64,000 bases of DNA from an uncultured bacterium (GCA_963695095.1 CAVOFT010000001.1:2528001-2592000), one strand, 5' to 3'; shown: positions 49,401 to 60,358, numbered from the stretch's first letter. Translations and numbers: made by a program. The notes: generated from the letters alone by a model not told the origin.

Positions 49401-49612
49401 AGCTGCTGCTCCAGCTTGCGCGTGACGAGCTGCTCGACGTCGGCGGGGCTCGCGCCCAGGTAGGGCGCGGCCACCAGGACGAAGGGGATCTTGACGTCGG
49501 GAGAGGCTTCCCGCGGCATGCCGATGTAGGAAGCGGCGCCGATGACGACGATGATCACCATCAGCGTGAACACGGTCAGCGCGTTGCGGACCGACAGCTC
49601 GGTGATCGTCAT
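46451..49612 (-). CDS. RND efflux permease (AcrB-like)
   Basis: Real start MTITEL; GMLVDNAIVVVEN, GVVVNNAIVL, RFRPVVLTA. Confidence 0.92.
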   Translation of the reverse strand: MTITELSVRNALTVFTLMVIIVVIGAASYIGMPREASPDVKIPFVLVAAPYLGASPADVEQLVTRKLEQQLKGIPDMVEMISSSLEGAAQISLEFSTDVEMSDALQKVRDAVEMAKPELPEDVRDDLVIQEISSSDWPIMQILLSASYDPVRLKNVAEDLQEEIERVDGVLGVTLNGAVQQEVRVDVDPERLRYYGLALADVMDALRFENVNIPGGELGLGTYDYQVRVPGEFASVEEIPRVLVNAGVDAPVSLGQVATVELAIAERKTYSRLNGVESVSLSITKRSGENIIRIADEIHALVESARHTLPAGTQLTVTGDQSVYIRDMVKELENNILSGLILVVAVLFLFLGWTNAFFVGSAIPFSMLITFMVLHALGITLNMVVLFSLILALGMLVDNAIVVVENIYRHRAMGMGRQEAALAATQQVAAPVIASTLTTVCAFGPLIFWPGIMGEFMKYLPITVIVALLSSLFVALVINPVLCSTLMKVPAARRPGHDRLGDRLMAFGLRSYEPTLRWALARPWRTGIGMGVLLVLVLMVFGRFNAGVELFPDTDPTFAYVRIESPSGTRIEQSDAYARQLEGPVSELPDLVAHWTDVGTTGGEGFGSGGSGGNLATVSMEFVEKEEREHSSRESVAALRDRLAGFTGAELTIDKMEEGPPTGKPVNIEISGDDFAALGELASLVAERIRDLPGLVDLESDYDRGRPELRVTPDPEQAARLGLRTIDLASHLRTAIHGEEVGEYRVGEDEYDIVVRLAEPARENVEDLESLTLFYEGRHVPLGSFATLRYATGFGAITRIDSRRVVTVSADVAEGANGNALLAQVQARLTGFPLPPGYHIDFTGESEDQEESNTFLFKQSFPIVLMLIMLVLIAQFTSITVPFVIMSSVVLSLIGVFSGLLIHRMPFGIIMTGVGVISLAGVVVNNAIVLLDYTLKLRAEGKERIEAIVEAGMTRFRPVVLTAVTTVLGLIPLTTGFSVDFEGMVQGDFRHAVVLGGESSQWWGPMGVAVIWGLTVATFLTLVVVPVIYSTIDPAKARLRRGFGTLLSPLRRG

Positions 49613-50754
49613 CGGGCGCCGCCCTCCGCCGCCTGGGCGCCGAAGGCCTTGGGATCGCCGGGCAGGCTGCCGTCGGGCGCCGTCGCCGTCTCGGTGACGG
49701 CCACCGGGCCGCCGGCCACCAGATCGCGCTGCCCGCGCACGACCAGCTGCTCGCCCGCGGCGAGACCGGCCGTGACCGCCACCATCAGGCCCTGGTCGGC
49801 GCCGAGCGCAATCGCCCGCTCCATGGCCCGACCGCCCTCCACCACGAAGACCGCCGGGCCCCCGCCGCGCTCGAGCACCGCGTCGCGCGGGATGGAGATC
49901 ACGTTCTCGTGCTGCGCCGTGAGCAGGCGCGCCCGTCCGAGCACGCCCGGCCGCAGCGCCAGCTCCGGATTGTCGACGTGGATCTCCACCGGGAATTCGC
50001 CCGTGAGCGGATCGGCCTCGACGCCCACCCAGTGCACGCGGCCCTCGCTGCGGGGCCCCTCGACGCCGAAGTCCACCGTTGCGGGGGCGCCCACCTTCAC
50101 CAGGTGCACGTCGCGCTGGCCGGCGGCGCACTCGAGCTTGAGCACGCGCGGATCGATCAGCCGCGCCACCGGCATGCCCGGGGTGATCAGCTGGCCCGGC
50201 TCGACGAAGCGATCGCTGACGACGCCCGCGAAGGGCGCGCTGATCAGGGCGCGCTCGTGGCGCAGCGCGGCCGCGGCGAGCGCGGCCTCGGCCTGGCGGA
50301 GCTGGGTGCGGGTCGCCTCGACCTCGATCTCGCTGATCGACGCGCTGGCGAGCAGGGACTCCTGGCGAGCCGCGTCGAAGGCCGCCAGGTCGCGGGCCGC
50401 CCGGGCCGACTCCAGCTCGGCGGCGAGCAGGCGGCGGTCCAGGGCGATGATCGTCTCGCCGGCCGCGATGCGGCTGCCCTTGTCGCGGCGGATGGCCTCG
50501 ACCCGCCCGCCCTCTTCGGCGCTGATCACCGTGCCGCGCAGCGGCGCTGCCCGCCCGTTCAGCTCGAGGTACTCGGCGAGCACGGTGGGCTCGAGCTCGA
50601 GCACGCGGACATTGCGCGGCTTCTCGGCCGCCTGGCCCTCCGCGTCGGCGCCGGCGCCGCCGCAGCCCGCGGCCAGGGCCAGCATGAGGGCAGGCGCAAG
50701 GAAGGCGAGGATCGGCCGGAACACCGGCCGCAACAGCGGATGCATGCGGATCAC
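49609..50754 (-). CDS. RND periplasmic adaptor (MFP)
   Basis: Lipobox AAGC, ISAPFAGVV, LRPG, GLAAGEQLVVRG. Confidence 0.9.
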   Translation of the reverse strand: MIRMHPLLRPVFRPILAFLAPALMLALAAGCGGAGADAEGQAAEKPRNVRVLELEPTVLAEYLELNGRAAPLRGTVISAEEGGRVEAIRRDKGSRIAAGETIIALDRRLLAAELESARAARDLAAFDAARQESLLASASISEIEVEATRTQLRQAEAALAAAALRHERALISAPFAGVVSDRFVEPGQLITPGMPVARLIDPRVLKLECAAGQRDVHLVKVGAPATVDFGVEGPRSEGRVHWVGVEADPLTGEFPVEIHVDNPELALRPGVLGRARLLTAQHENVISIPRDAVLERGGGPAVFVVEGGRAMERAIALGADQGLMVAVTAGLAAGEQLVVRGQRDLVAGGPVAVTETATAPDGSLPGDPKAFGAQAAEGGAR

Positions 50755-52221
50755 CTCCGGGGAGCCGCGCCAGCGGCGAGGACATCGGCGAGCGGGGTCC
50801 GGGGATCGTGGCCGAGCTGCCGCTTGAGCGAGGCGGTCAAGGTGAGCACGTCGACGCGCGCCTGGATGCCGTTCTGGCGGGCCAGGCGGCGCTGGGTCTG
50901 GGCGTCGAGCAGGCTCAGGTAGTCGGCCTTGCCCAGCGCGTAGCGCTGCTGGGTCTGGGCCAGGACCTCGGCGGCGGCGTCCTCGTTGAGCGCCGCCGCC
51001 GCCAGGTTGCTGCGCGCCGCCTGCAGGGCGCCCAGGCTCGCGGCCAGCTCCTGCTCGGCCTGCCGCAGCGCTTCACGGTACTCGTAGCTCGTGCGGCGGA
51101 TGGCGGCCTCCGTCTCCTTCACCTTCCCGCGGGTGAGCAGGCCGTCGAAGAGCGGCAGCGTCAGGGTCAGCCCCGCGCTCCAGGTGTCGTGCCCCTCGTC
51201 GCCGAGCTCGCCCAGCTCACGGGCCACGTAGCCATAGGAGGCGTTGGCGGAGAGGTAGGGCCGGTGCTCGGACTTCTGCGCGCCCCGGTTCTTGCGCAGG
51301 ATGGTCTCGAGGAGGGCCAGCTGGCGCAGGTCGCCGCGCGCGGCGAGCCCGGCGGCAGGCAGAGCCGCCGGCAAGGGCGCGAGCTCCGGTTCGCCGACCG
51401 GCAACACCGCGAGTGGCGCCAGGGGCTCGCGGCCCATGGCGACGTTGAGGGCGGAGCCGGCGTTGCGCAGACCCTGCTCCGCCGAGAGGCGGGCCGGGCG
51501 CAAGTTGGCCAGGGCGACGGCCGCCCGCAGGGTGTCCAGCGGCGTCGCCATGCCGAGGCTGAGCCGGCGCCGGCTGATGGCGAGGAACTCCTCCTTGGCC
51601 GCGAGGTCCGCGTCCAGGGCGGCCAGCTGCTCGGACTGGGCGACCACGGAAAAGTAGGCGGCCAGACACGCCCTCGACGGTGCGCAGCTCGAGGTCGCGC
51701 AGGGCCGCCTCCTGGCGCTCGATGCCCAGGCCGGCGGCACCGATCGCGTTGAACACGCGGCCCGGGTTCAGCTCCCAGCGCCCGTTGAGGCCCGCGCGCC
51801 ACCAGGTCTGGGCGGCGATGTCCTCGGGCGCCGGAATGAAGCTGAGGCCGCCGAAGAGGCTGTCCAGCGCAGCATTCTCGCCACCGCCGAAGGTCTGGTC
51901 GAGCGCGAAGCTCGGATCGCGGCCCCGCGTCCAGGTGCCGGTGATGTCGAGGCTGGGCAGGCCGGTGGCCCGCGCCTGGGCCATCAGCCCGTCCAGCTCG
52001 CGGCGCCGCTCGCGCTCGGCCTGCAGGGCGCCACTGCCCGCCAGGGCTTCGTCGATGCAGCGCGCGAGGCTCCAGCTCTCGCCGGCGCCCGGCAGGACGG
52101 GGATGGCCTCCCCGGCCGCGGCGGCAACGAGACCAACCAGCAGCAGCGCGCCGAGCGGAGCGGCCAGGAGAAGATTGCGCAGGACGCGGCGCGGGCCTTG
52201 GCCTAGACTGCGACTGTTCAT
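50751..52221 (-). CDS. TolC-family outer-membrane factor; insertion near 51666
   Basis: ORF 51217..52221 N-half joins ORF 50751..51740 at VEGV/LAAYF; LTLPLFDG. Confidence 0.85.
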
Positions 52222-52340
52222 CGTACTCCGGATCGGCGGGCGAGGTGGTCACGGGGCGGTGCCGGAGTGTACGGCATCTGGGTCGAGGGTTTCAAATAAA
52301 GGCGCCCGCCCGCCGGCGCCAGTCCCCGCGAGGAGATTTC

Positions 52341-54413
52341 GTGCCCGAGCGCCGCCCGGTCCAGGCCGCGATCAGCGCCTGCCCCCGCAACTGCTACAGC
52401 ACTTGCGGCCTCACCCTGCGCATCGACAGCGGAACGGGCCGGCTGCGGGCGGTCGAGTCCCTGGCCGCCAACCGCGCCACGGCCGAGGGACCCTGCCTCA
52501 AGGGCCTGGCCTACGTCGAGCGCATCCACTCGCCGGACCGCCTGCTCAGCCCCCTGCGCCGCCTGGCCGGCGGGGGATTCGCGCCCATCACCTGGCCGGA
52601 GGCGCTGGACGAACTCAGCGCGCGCCTGGCCGCCGCCCGCGATCGACTGGGCCCGCAGAGCATCCTCTACTATGCGGCCAGCGGCACGAAGGGCCTCCTG
52701 AACGGCGCCGGCCTCGCCTTCTGGCGGCTCTTCGGCGGCGCCACCACCACCTATGGCGACCTCTGCTGGATGCCGGGGCTGGAGGCCGGCCGGCTCACCC
52801 TGGGCGCCAACACCCACAACGCGCCCTGGGATCTGGTCAATGCCCGGCTCATCGTGCTCTGGGGCAAGAACGCCGCCGAGACGAACGTCCACCAGATGGG
52901 CTTCATCGCCACGGCCCGCGAGCGGGGGGCCGAGCTGGTGGTCATCGACCCGCGGCGCACGGAGACCGCCGAGCGGGCGGACCTCTTCCTCCGGCCGCGG
53001 CCGGGCACGGACGGCGCCCTCGCGCTCGCCCTCGCGCATCGCCTCATCGAGCGCGACGCCGTGGACCGGGACTTCATCGCCGCTCACGTGCTCGGCTTCG
53101 AGGCCTTCGCCGCCCGCGCCGCCCTCTGGCCCGTGGAGCGCGCGGCCGCGGTCTGCGCGCTGCCCGCCGCCCAGATCGAGGCCCTGGCCGAGCGCTTCGC
53201 CGCGCGGCGCCCGGCCACCCTGATCGCGGGCTTCGGCCTGCAGCGCTATGCCCACAGCGGCCAGGCGATGCGGGCCCTCATCGCCCTGCCGGCGATCACG
53301 GGCAATCTCGGCCTGCCGGGCGGCGGCTGGCAGTTCGCGAACCTGCAGAGCAGCGTCTTCGGCGTCAAGGATCCGGAGGCCTCCTACCCGCCGCCCGGCG
53401 GCGAGGACGGCCCCCTGCGCGTCAGCGTGGCCACCGCCCGGCTGGGCGCCGACATGCTCGCCCAGCGGGACCCGCCGCTCGCCGTGGCCTGGGTGGAGCG
53501 GGGCAATCCGCTGAACCAGAACCCGGACACGAACGCGGTGCGGGCCGCCTTCCGCGCCCTGGACTTCCGCGTCGTCGTGGACGAGGTGCTCACCGACACG
53601 GCGCGCGAGGCCGATCTCGTGCTGCCGGCCAAGAGCTTCCTCGAGCAGGCGGACCTGATCGGCGCCTACTGGCACCCCTACATCCAGTACCGGCCCCGGC
53701 TGCTCGAGCCGCCGGGCGAGGTGAAGCCCGAGACCTGGATCTACCGGGCCCTGGCCGAACGGCTCGGCCTGCCGCAGGCCGAGGTCGACGCCGCCATCCC
53801 CGCCGAGGCCGACATCGACGCCTGGCTGGAGCGCCGGCTCGCGCCCTTCCCCGGCCTCACGCTGGCGGCGCTCAAGGCCGGGCCCCAGCTCTCGCCCGAC
53901 TTCGCGGAGGTGGCCTTCGCCGACCGCCGCTTCCCCACGCCCTCCGGCCGGGTCGAGCTCTACTCCGAGGAGGCCGCGCGGCGCTGGGGGGTGGATCCCC
54001 TGCCCGACCATGTCGAGGGCCCCGAATGCGCCGCCCAGGCGCCCGCGGCCGCGCGCTATCCGCTCCTGCTGATGACGCCCAACAGCAAGAACCGCATCCA
54101 CTCGCAGTTCGGCAATCTCGCCTTGATCCGCGCCCTCGATCCGGCGCCGCGCCTGCATCTGCATCCCGCCGACGCGGCGGCGCGGGGCATCGCCGAGGGC
54201 GACCGCGCGCGCGTCTTCAACGCGCGGGGCGAGCTGGCGCTGCCGGCCCATCTCGATCCGCGCCTGCTCGCCGGCACCGTGCTCTCGCACAACGGCTGGT
54301 GGCAGTCCGAGGGCGGCGGCGTGAACCTGCTCTCCGCCGGCCGCGAGACGGACCTCGGCCACGGCGCCGCCTTCCACGAGAATCGCGTCGAGGTCGAGAA
54401 GGTGCGGACGTGA
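52341..54413 (+). CDS. Molybdopterin oxidoreductase catalytic subunit with [4Fe-4S], no Tat signal
   Basis: AGGAG RBS, GTG start; CPRNCYSTC...CLKG, WGKN, IDPRRT, ADLVLPA, HSQF. Confidence 0.9.
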   Translation: MPERRPVQAAISACPRNCYSTCGLTLRIDSGTGRLRAVESLAANRATAEGPCLKGLAYVERIHSPDRLLSPLRRLAGGGFAPITWPEALDELSARLAAARDRLGPQSILYYAASGTKGLLNGAGLAFWRLFGGATTTYGDLCWMPGLEAGRLTLGANTHNAPWDLVNARLIVLWGKNAAETNVHQMGFIATARERGAELVVIDPRRTETAERADLFLRPRPGTDGALALALAHRLIERDAVDRDFIAAHVLGFEAFAARAALWPVERAAAVCALPAAQIEALAERFAARRPATLIAGFGLQRYAHSGQAMRALIALPAITGNLGLPGGGWQFANLQSSVFGVKDPEASYPPPGGEDGPLRVSVATARLGADMLAQRDPPLAVAWVERGNPLNQNPDTNAVRAAFRALDFRVVVDEVLTDTAREADLVLPAKSFLEQADLIGAYWHPYIQYRPRLLEPPGEVKPETWIYRALAERLGLPQAEVDAAIPAEADIDAWLERRLAPFPGLTLAALKAGPQLSPDFAEVAFADRRFPTPSGRVELYSEEAARRWGVDPLPDHVEGPECAAQAPAAARYPLLLMTPNSKNRIHSQFGNLALIRALDPAPRLHLHPADAAARGIAEGDRARVFNARGELALPAHLDPRLLAGTVLSHNGWWQSEGGGVNLLSAGRETDLGHGAAFHENRVEVEKVRT

Positions 54414-55793
54414 ACGCGAGCGCGCGGCCACCGGCTGCCGCCGATACCGGCTTTCGCCTCGACCTCAATCGCTGCACGGGCTGCCAGGCCTGCGTGCTCG
54501 CCTGCATCATCGAGAACGAGCTGCCGGTGGACGGCGCCTGGCGCCGGGTCGAGGACTTCAACCCGGCCGGCCTCCCCCACGCGCCGAGCTTCCACCTCTC
54601 GCTGGCCTGCAGCCACTGCGAGGAGTCGCCCTGCGCCACGGCCTGCCCGACGAACGCCTATCGCCGCGACGCGGCCACCGGCGCGCTGCTGATCAATGCC
54701 GAGGCCTGCATCGGCTGCCGCTACTGCAGCTGGGCCTGCCCCTTCGATGCGCCGCGCTTCGACGCGCGCTCGCGCACGATGGGCAAGTGCACGCTCTGCG
54801 CCCCGCGCCTGGCCGAGGGCCGGCGCCCGGCCTGCGTGGAGTGCTGCCCGACCGGGGCGCTGGGCGCCGGGTCCCGGGTCGAGATCGCGGCCGGAGGCGC
54901 CGTGGCCGCGCTCGCCGGCTTCCCGCCCTCGGCGGCGGAGCCCCGCCTGCGCCTCGTCCCCCTCTTGCCAGGCGCGATGGGCCCGGCCGGCGATCTCGAA
55001 GCGCCCCCCGGCGGTCCCTTCGCGGCGCCGCCAGGCCCGCCCGAGGACGGCGGCCGCCGCCTGCGCCTGCGCGACGAGTGGCCGTTGCTCCTCTTCACCT
55101 GGGCGGCGCCCTTCCTGGTGGCCCTGAAGCTGGACACCCTGCCTTCCTGCCGGCTGGACCGCCCCTGGCCCATCCTCCTCGGCGGCCTCCTGGCGATGGG
55201 CCTGAGCGCGGCCCATCTGGGCCGGCCCCTGCGCGCCTGGCGGGCGCTGGCCGGCATCCGGCACTCCTGGCTCAGCCGCGAGATCGCCGCCTTCGCGCTC
55301 TTCGTCGCGCTGGCCGGCGCCCTGCCGCTGGCCTTCCTCCCCGAGGCGCCTTTCGCCTTCGGCCTGGCGGCGGGCCTGGCGGGCCTGGCCGCGCTCTACG
55401 CGATGGATCGCCTCTACGAGGTGGCGCTGCCGCGCCGCGGCCTGGCTCGGGCTGCACGGAGCGGAGGCCCTGCTCACGACGCTCCTGTACGCCGTCGCGC
55501 TCCGCGAATGGCGCTGGGCCCTGCTCGGGATGCTCGGGTTCAAGCTGCTGCTCTGGCTGGCGCGCCGGCCCGGGGAGGCGCGGCCCTTCGCGCCGCTCGC
55601 GCTCCTGCGGCCGCTCGCCGGCATCGCCGCGCCCGCGGCGATCCTGCTCGCGGGCGCGTCGCCGCGGGCGGCCGCCGTGCTGGCGCTCGTGGCCGCCGGC
55701 GAGTTGCTCGATCGGGCCGACTTCTACCGCAGCCTGCGCCTGCCCTCGCCGCGGCGCGAACTCGATCGCGCGCTGGCGGCGATCCAGCGCTAG
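54410..55793 (+). CDS. DmsB-like 4Fe-4S protein fused to a DmsC-like membrane anchor; insertion near 55450
   Basis: CTGCQACVLAC, CSHCEESPC, CIGCRYC, KCTLC; then HLGRPLRAWRA...SWLSRE; continues into ORF 55530..55793. Confidence 0.82.
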
Positions 55794-55824
55794 GGCGAGC
55801 GCCAGGCGGAGCGGACGCGGCGCC

Positions 55825-57276
55825 CTACTCGCCGCGCAGGGCCTCGACGGCATCCACGCGGGCGGCGCGCGCGGCCGGCAGCAGGCCGGCGAGCAGGCTG
55901 ACGAGGAGGCCGAAGGCCAGCGCGCCGCCGACCAGCCAGAGCGGCGTGGCGAAGAGCTCCATCGCGGGCAGCCCTTGCCTGACCATCACGAGCTTGGCCA
56001 CGGCGGAGGCCGCGCGCGCCACCAGCCAGCCGAGCAGCACGCCGCCGAGGCCGCCGGCCAGTCCCATCAGCGCCGACTCGGCGAGGAAGAGCCCGCGGAT
56101 CTCGCGCTCGTCGGCGCCCAGGGCCTTGAGCACGCCGATCTCGCGCCGCCTTTCGCTGATGGCCATCAGCAGCGTGTTGACGATGCCCAGGGCCGCCGTG
56201 GCGAGGGCCACGAGCCCGATGGCCGCCAGGCCGAGATCGAAGAGCACGAAGGCGCGGCGGATCTCGTCGAGCTGCTCGGCGAAGCTGAAGACGCGATAGC
56301 CCAGGGCGCGCAGGCTGTCGCGCAGCGCCGGGTAGGAGGCCGTGGGTTCGAGGTCGATCGTGACCTGGGGGTAGCTGCTTGCGCTCGTCGGCCCCTCGGC
56401 GAAGAGGCTGCCGTCCTGCAGCGCGCCGAGGAGGGCCACCGGATCGGCCGGCGGCCCGGCGGCGCTGAGTCGCTGGGCGTCCGCGGGGCTGAGGATCAGC
56501 GGCTTCACGTGGAGGCGGCCGGCGCGCGGCTCCTCGATTACACCTCGAACGATGAGGGTGTCCCGCAGAACGCGGCCCTCCATGTAGCCGCCGAGGAAGC
56601 GGCCGGCGGCCTCCCCCAGCTCGCGGCGCAGCAAGCGCCGGCGGGCGCCGGCATCGCGCAGGCTGTCCGGGGGCATGCGCGCAGCGAGATCGGCCAGGCC
56701 CGCTGCCGCCGGCAAGAGCGCGCGGGCGAGGCCGCTGTCCAGGCTGGCGACGGCGAGGCTCACGAAGAGGCTGTCGCCCACGAGGCCGGCCGCCTCGTTC
56801 AGGGGAATGCCCAGCGCCGCGAGCGCCGCATCCGTGACGAGGACTTCGCCGGGAGCGCCGCGGAGGCGCTCGCCCGCGCGCAGCTGGGAGAAGAGCCTGG
56901 TTTCGAGCGCGGCGGCGGTGAGGGCCTGGGCCTCGAGCGTGAAGCGCTTGCCGCCCCGCTCGAGTTCGAGGCTCAGCGCGTCGAGGGGATAGGCGAGCCT
57001 CACGCCGGGCAGGGCCGCCAGGCGAGCGACGGCCGCCGCGTCCAGGGGCGGCGCCTGCAGGCTGTCGCCGGCGGCACTGGGCGTCACCTGCACCGTGTTG
57101 AGAAGGCCCAGGCGCTCGGCCTGGCCGGCGATCAGGCGGTGGTTGCCGGCGCCGAAGGAGACCATCGCCACCATGGCGCCCACGGCGATGACGACGCCGG
57201 CCACGGTGAGCCCGGCGCGCAGCTTGAGGCGGTGCAGGTTGCCCGCGGCCATGCCCAGCGCATCGCGGAGGGTCAT
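55825..57276 (-). CDS. MacB/FtsX-like ABC permease
   Basis: [29 protein letters not shown]. Confidence 0.9.
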   Translation of the reverse strand: MTLRDALGMAAGNLHRLKLRAGLTVAGVVIAVGAMVAMVSFGAGNHRLIAGQAERLGLLNTVQVTPSAAGDSLQAPPLDAAAVARLAALPGVRLAYPLDALSLELERGGKRFTLEAQALTAAALETRLFSQLRAGERLRGAPGEVLVTDAALAALGIPLNEAAGLVGDSLFVSLAVASLDSGLARALLPAAAGLADLAARMPPDSLRDAGARRRLLRRELGEAAGRFLGGYMEGRVLRDTLIVRGVIEEPRAGRLHVKPLILSPADAQRLSAAGPPADPVALLGALQDGSLFAEGPTSASSYPQVTIDLEPTASYPALRDSLRALGYRVFSFAEQLDEIRRAFVLFDLGLAAIGLVALATAALGIVNTLLMAISERRREIGVLKALGADEREIRGLFLAESALMGLAGGLGGVLLGWLVARAASAVAKLVMVRQGLPAMELFATPLWLVGGALAFGLLVSLLAGLLPAARAARVDAVEALRGE

Positions 57277-57982
57277 GGCGCCGCACCCGGCGCCGGCGTC
57301 CAGCTCTCGGCCACGCGGCCGTAGTCCAGGCGCAGGATGCGCTCGCGCCAGGCGCTCGGCCAGTGCCGCGATCGTGCGTGACGAGCACCAGCGCCTGCCC
57401 GCCCGCCGCCAGTTCGCCGAGCAAGCGGGCGAGCTGCTCGCTGTTGTCGCGGTCCAGGTTGCCCGTGGGCTCGTCCGCGAAGAGGATCTCCGGCCGCTTG
57501 ACGAGGGCCCGCGCCACGGCCACGCGCTGCTGTTCGCCGCCCGAGAGGTCGGCCGGCCGGTGATCGAGCCGGTCGCCCAGGCCCAGGCGCTCGAGCATGG
57601 CCCCCGCCGCCGCTCGCCGCGCCCGCGGCGTCTCGCGGCGCCAGAGCAGGGCGAGCGCCACGTTCTCGAGGGCCGTGTACTGGGGCAGCAGGTTGAAGGA
57701 CTGGAAGATCATCCCCACGCGCTCGGCGCGGTAGGCGGCCAGCTCGCCGCGCGAGAGCCCGTCCAGGCGGCGACCCTCGAGGAGGATCTCGCCGCCGCTG
57801 GGCGTGTCGAGCCCCGCGAGCAGGTTGAGCAGGGTGGACTTGCCCGAGCCCGAGGCGCCGAGCACGGCGAGGAACTCGCCGCGGCCGAGAGCCAGGCTGA
57901 CGCCGTCCAGGGCGCGCACGGTCTGCGGACCGCGCCGGTAGTGGCGGGCGAGATCGCGGGTGGCGAGCAGGGCGGCGCTCAT
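57273..57982 (-). CDS. ABC ATP-binding protein; two insertions near 57345-57368
   Basis: [31 protein letters not shown]. Confidence 0.88.
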
Positions 57983-58164
57983 CGGCTCGGCGTCTCCCCT
58001 TCGGGGGGCGGCGCGGGCTTGTCGCCGCGGCGCTCGGCCACCGCCCGCTGCAGGAGGAACTCGATCTGGGCATTGACGCTGCGCAGCTCGTCGCCGGCCC
58101 AGCGCTGGAGCTCCTCCCACAGCGGCTCGGGGATGCGCAAGAGGAAGTTCTTGCGGGTGGCCAC
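57979..58164 (-). CDS. Arc-like ribbon-helix-helix protein
   Basis: RKNFLLRI...RSVNAQIEFLL. Confidence 0.85.
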   Translation of the reverse strand: MATRKNFLLRIPEPLWEELQRWAGDELRSVNAQIEFLLQRAVAERRGDKPAPPPEGETPSR

Positions 58165-58171
58165 GGCGCTC

Positions 58172-59050
58172 CTAGCGGTACAGGGTGCCGGCGTTGATCA
58201 CGGGCGAAGCCGCGCTCTCGCTGCAGAGCACCACCAGCAGGTTGCTCACCATGGTGGCCTTGCGCTCCTCGTCCAGCTCGACGATGTGCCGCGCGCTGAG
58301 CCGCTCCAGGGCCATCTGGACCATGCTCACGGCGCCCTCGACGATCTGGCTGCGCGCCGCCACGATGGCCGTCGCCTGCTGGCGGCGCAGCATGGCCTCG
58401 GCGATCTCCGGCGCATAGGCGAGGTGGCTGATGCGCGCCTCGATCACCTTGATTCCCGCGCGGCTGAAGCGCTCGCTGAGCTCGCGCTCCAGCACCTCGG
58501 AGACCTCGTCCTTGCCGCCGCGCAGGGTGAGCCCCTGGTCGTCGTCCTCGTTGAAGGTGTCGTAGGGATAGGCGCCCGCCATGTGCCGCACTGCGGCCTC
58601 GCTCTGCACGACCACGTAGTGATCGTAGTCGTCCACCTCGAAGCAGGCCTTGAAGGTGTCGGCCACCTGCCAGACCACGACGGCGGCGATCTCGATGGGA
58701 TTGCCGCCGGCGTCGTTCACCTTGATGCGCTCGCCGTTGAGGTTGCGGGCGCGCAGGGTGATCTTGCGCTTGCTGAAGAAGGGGTTGGCCCAGAAGAAGC
58801 CGTTCCTCTTGACCGTGCCCTTGTAGGTGCCGAAGAGCACGAGCACGCGGGCGTCGTTGGGGTTGACGACGAAGAAGCCGACCATGGTCAGCAGGGCCAG
58901 GATCAGGAGCGGAAAGAAGAAGACGAGCGGCAGCGGGTGATGCGCGCTGATGGCGTTCACCAGGCTCCAGGCCGCCGCGCCGAGGAGCGCGAACAGGACG
59001 ATCAGCATGGGATACCCGGAAAGGGCGCCCCGGGAACGTTCGACGGTCAT
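58172..59050 (-). CDS. SPFH (band 7) membrane protein
   Basis: GGAGG RBS before [36 protein letters not shown]. Confidence 0.92.
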   Translation of the reverse strand: MTVERSRGALSGYPMLIVLFALLGAAAWSLVNAISAHHPLPLVFFFPLLILALLTMVGFFVVNPNDARVLVLFGTYKGTVKRNGFFWANPFFSKRKITLRARNLNGERIKVNDAGGNPIEIAAVVVWQVADTFKACFEVDDYDHYVVVQSEAAVRHMAGAYPYDTFNEDDDQGLTLRGGKDEVSEVLERELSERFSRAGIKVIEARISHLAYAPEIAEAMLRRQQATAIVAARSQIVEGAVSMVQMALERLSARHIVELDEERKATMVSNLLVVLCSESAASPVINAGTLYR

Positions 59051-59103
59051 CGATGCCTCCTGGCTGGGGTGGCTCGGCGCGCTTGATCGACCGAGACGAT
59101 AGC

Positions 59104-59132
59104 AGTATGATATCACTTCGATATGATGTCAA
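59104..59132 (-). promoter_or_regulatory. Promoter with two palindromic boxes (probable RHH operator)
   Basis: TTGACA-N17-CATACT; TGATATCA at 59108-59115 and TGATGTCA at 59124-59131. Confidence 0.6.
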
Positions 59133-59164
59133 GCCCCCAGAAGCGGCGGCAGGCGCTGGGCGAT

Positions 59165-59981
59165 CTAGCGGGGATCGGCCGGCGGCTCGAACTCGACGGC
59201 GTAGAGGGTGGGCCAGAGCTTGCCCGTGAGGAAGAAGCGCTCGCCGGCCGCGTCGTAGGCGATGCCGTTGAGCACGGCGCCCGGCGCGATTCCGGGCGGC
59301 CGCAGGGCGCGGCAGTCGATCCAGGCCTCCACCCGCCCGGTTGCCGGGTCGATGCGGGCGATGCGACTGGTCGGCAGCACGTTGGCGTAGAGCATCCCGC
59401 CGGCGAACTCCAGCTCGTTCAGCATGCCGACGGGCGCGGCGCCGTCGCGCACCTCCAGCCGGCCGCGCTCGGCGAAGGTCTCGGGGTCGAGCCAGCGCAG
59501 GGTGGCGCTGCCGTCGCTCATGGCCAGGCGGTCCCCGGCCGCATCGTAGGCCAGCCCCCAGCCCTCGCCGGGGTAGCCGAAGCTGTCCACCTGCTCCAGG
59601 CTGGCGCGCTCGTAGACGAAGCCGATGTTCGAGGTCCAGGTGAGCTGCGACGAGGCGGTCGCCCCCGCCCTCGTCCGCGGGAAGGAGGGCCAGGCCCTCG
59701 CCGAAATAGGCCTCGTCCAGGGCCAGCCCGTCCAGGACGGCGCCCGTGGCCAGCTCCACCCGGCGGAGCGAGGAGCGGCCATTGAGCCCCGTGCTTTCGT
59801 AGAGCTCGCCCTCGGCATACACGAGGCCCTGCGTAAAGGCCGCCGGGTCATGGGGATAGCTGGCCAGCACCCGGGGCGTCCAGACCGCGGCCCCCGCACC
59901 CTCCAGCGCTTCCTCGGAGCAGGAAATGCCGGGCAGGGCGAGGAGGAGGGCGAGCAGGCGCAGCTGGCGGCTGAGGTCCAT
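59165..59981 (-). CDS. Glutaminyl-peptide cyclotransferase (plant/bacterial type), lipoprotein; insertion near 59649
   Basis: PHDPAAFTQGL, ESTG, FGEG, QLTW, EGWGL, LNELE, LNGIAY, TGKLWP. Confidence 0.9.
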
Positions 59982-60149
59982 CGGCGCTGAGTTCCTCCGG
60001 TTCCGCCGGCCGCCCGGGGGCTCGCCTGGCGATTGCCCGATTACTATAGAGCCTTCGCCCGTCCAGGGCCAGCCCCACCGGCTCCCGGCCGGGGCGGCGC
60101 GGGGGCGGAGGATCCATCCAGATTTCCCTAGATTGCAGGCAGAAGTGGA

Positions 60150-60158
60150 TGATATACT
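60150..60158 (+). promoter_or_regulatory. Extended -10 promoter
   Basis: TGaTATACT about 200 nt upstream of the ATG at 60359. Confidence 0.5.
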
Positions 60159-60358
60159 CTGTTTCAAGGCTCATCATCGAGGATTGAATCACCTTGACGA
60201 GCCGCTGCGGTCGCGCGATGCGGCGGTGGCATTCCCGGGGATCAGGAGTGACCGGGAGGGCAGGGCGGGACGAGAGCGATGGCGCCGGATGTCCCCTTGC
60301 TCGGATGGGCGCTCCCCCTCTAGCTGACTCACAACGGCATCACATCCAGGAGGATTCC

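Noticed and set aside
51680..56299. 1539-aa ORF
   Set aside because: Stop-poor GC-rich frame; only the part from 54410 to about 55450 has real motifs.
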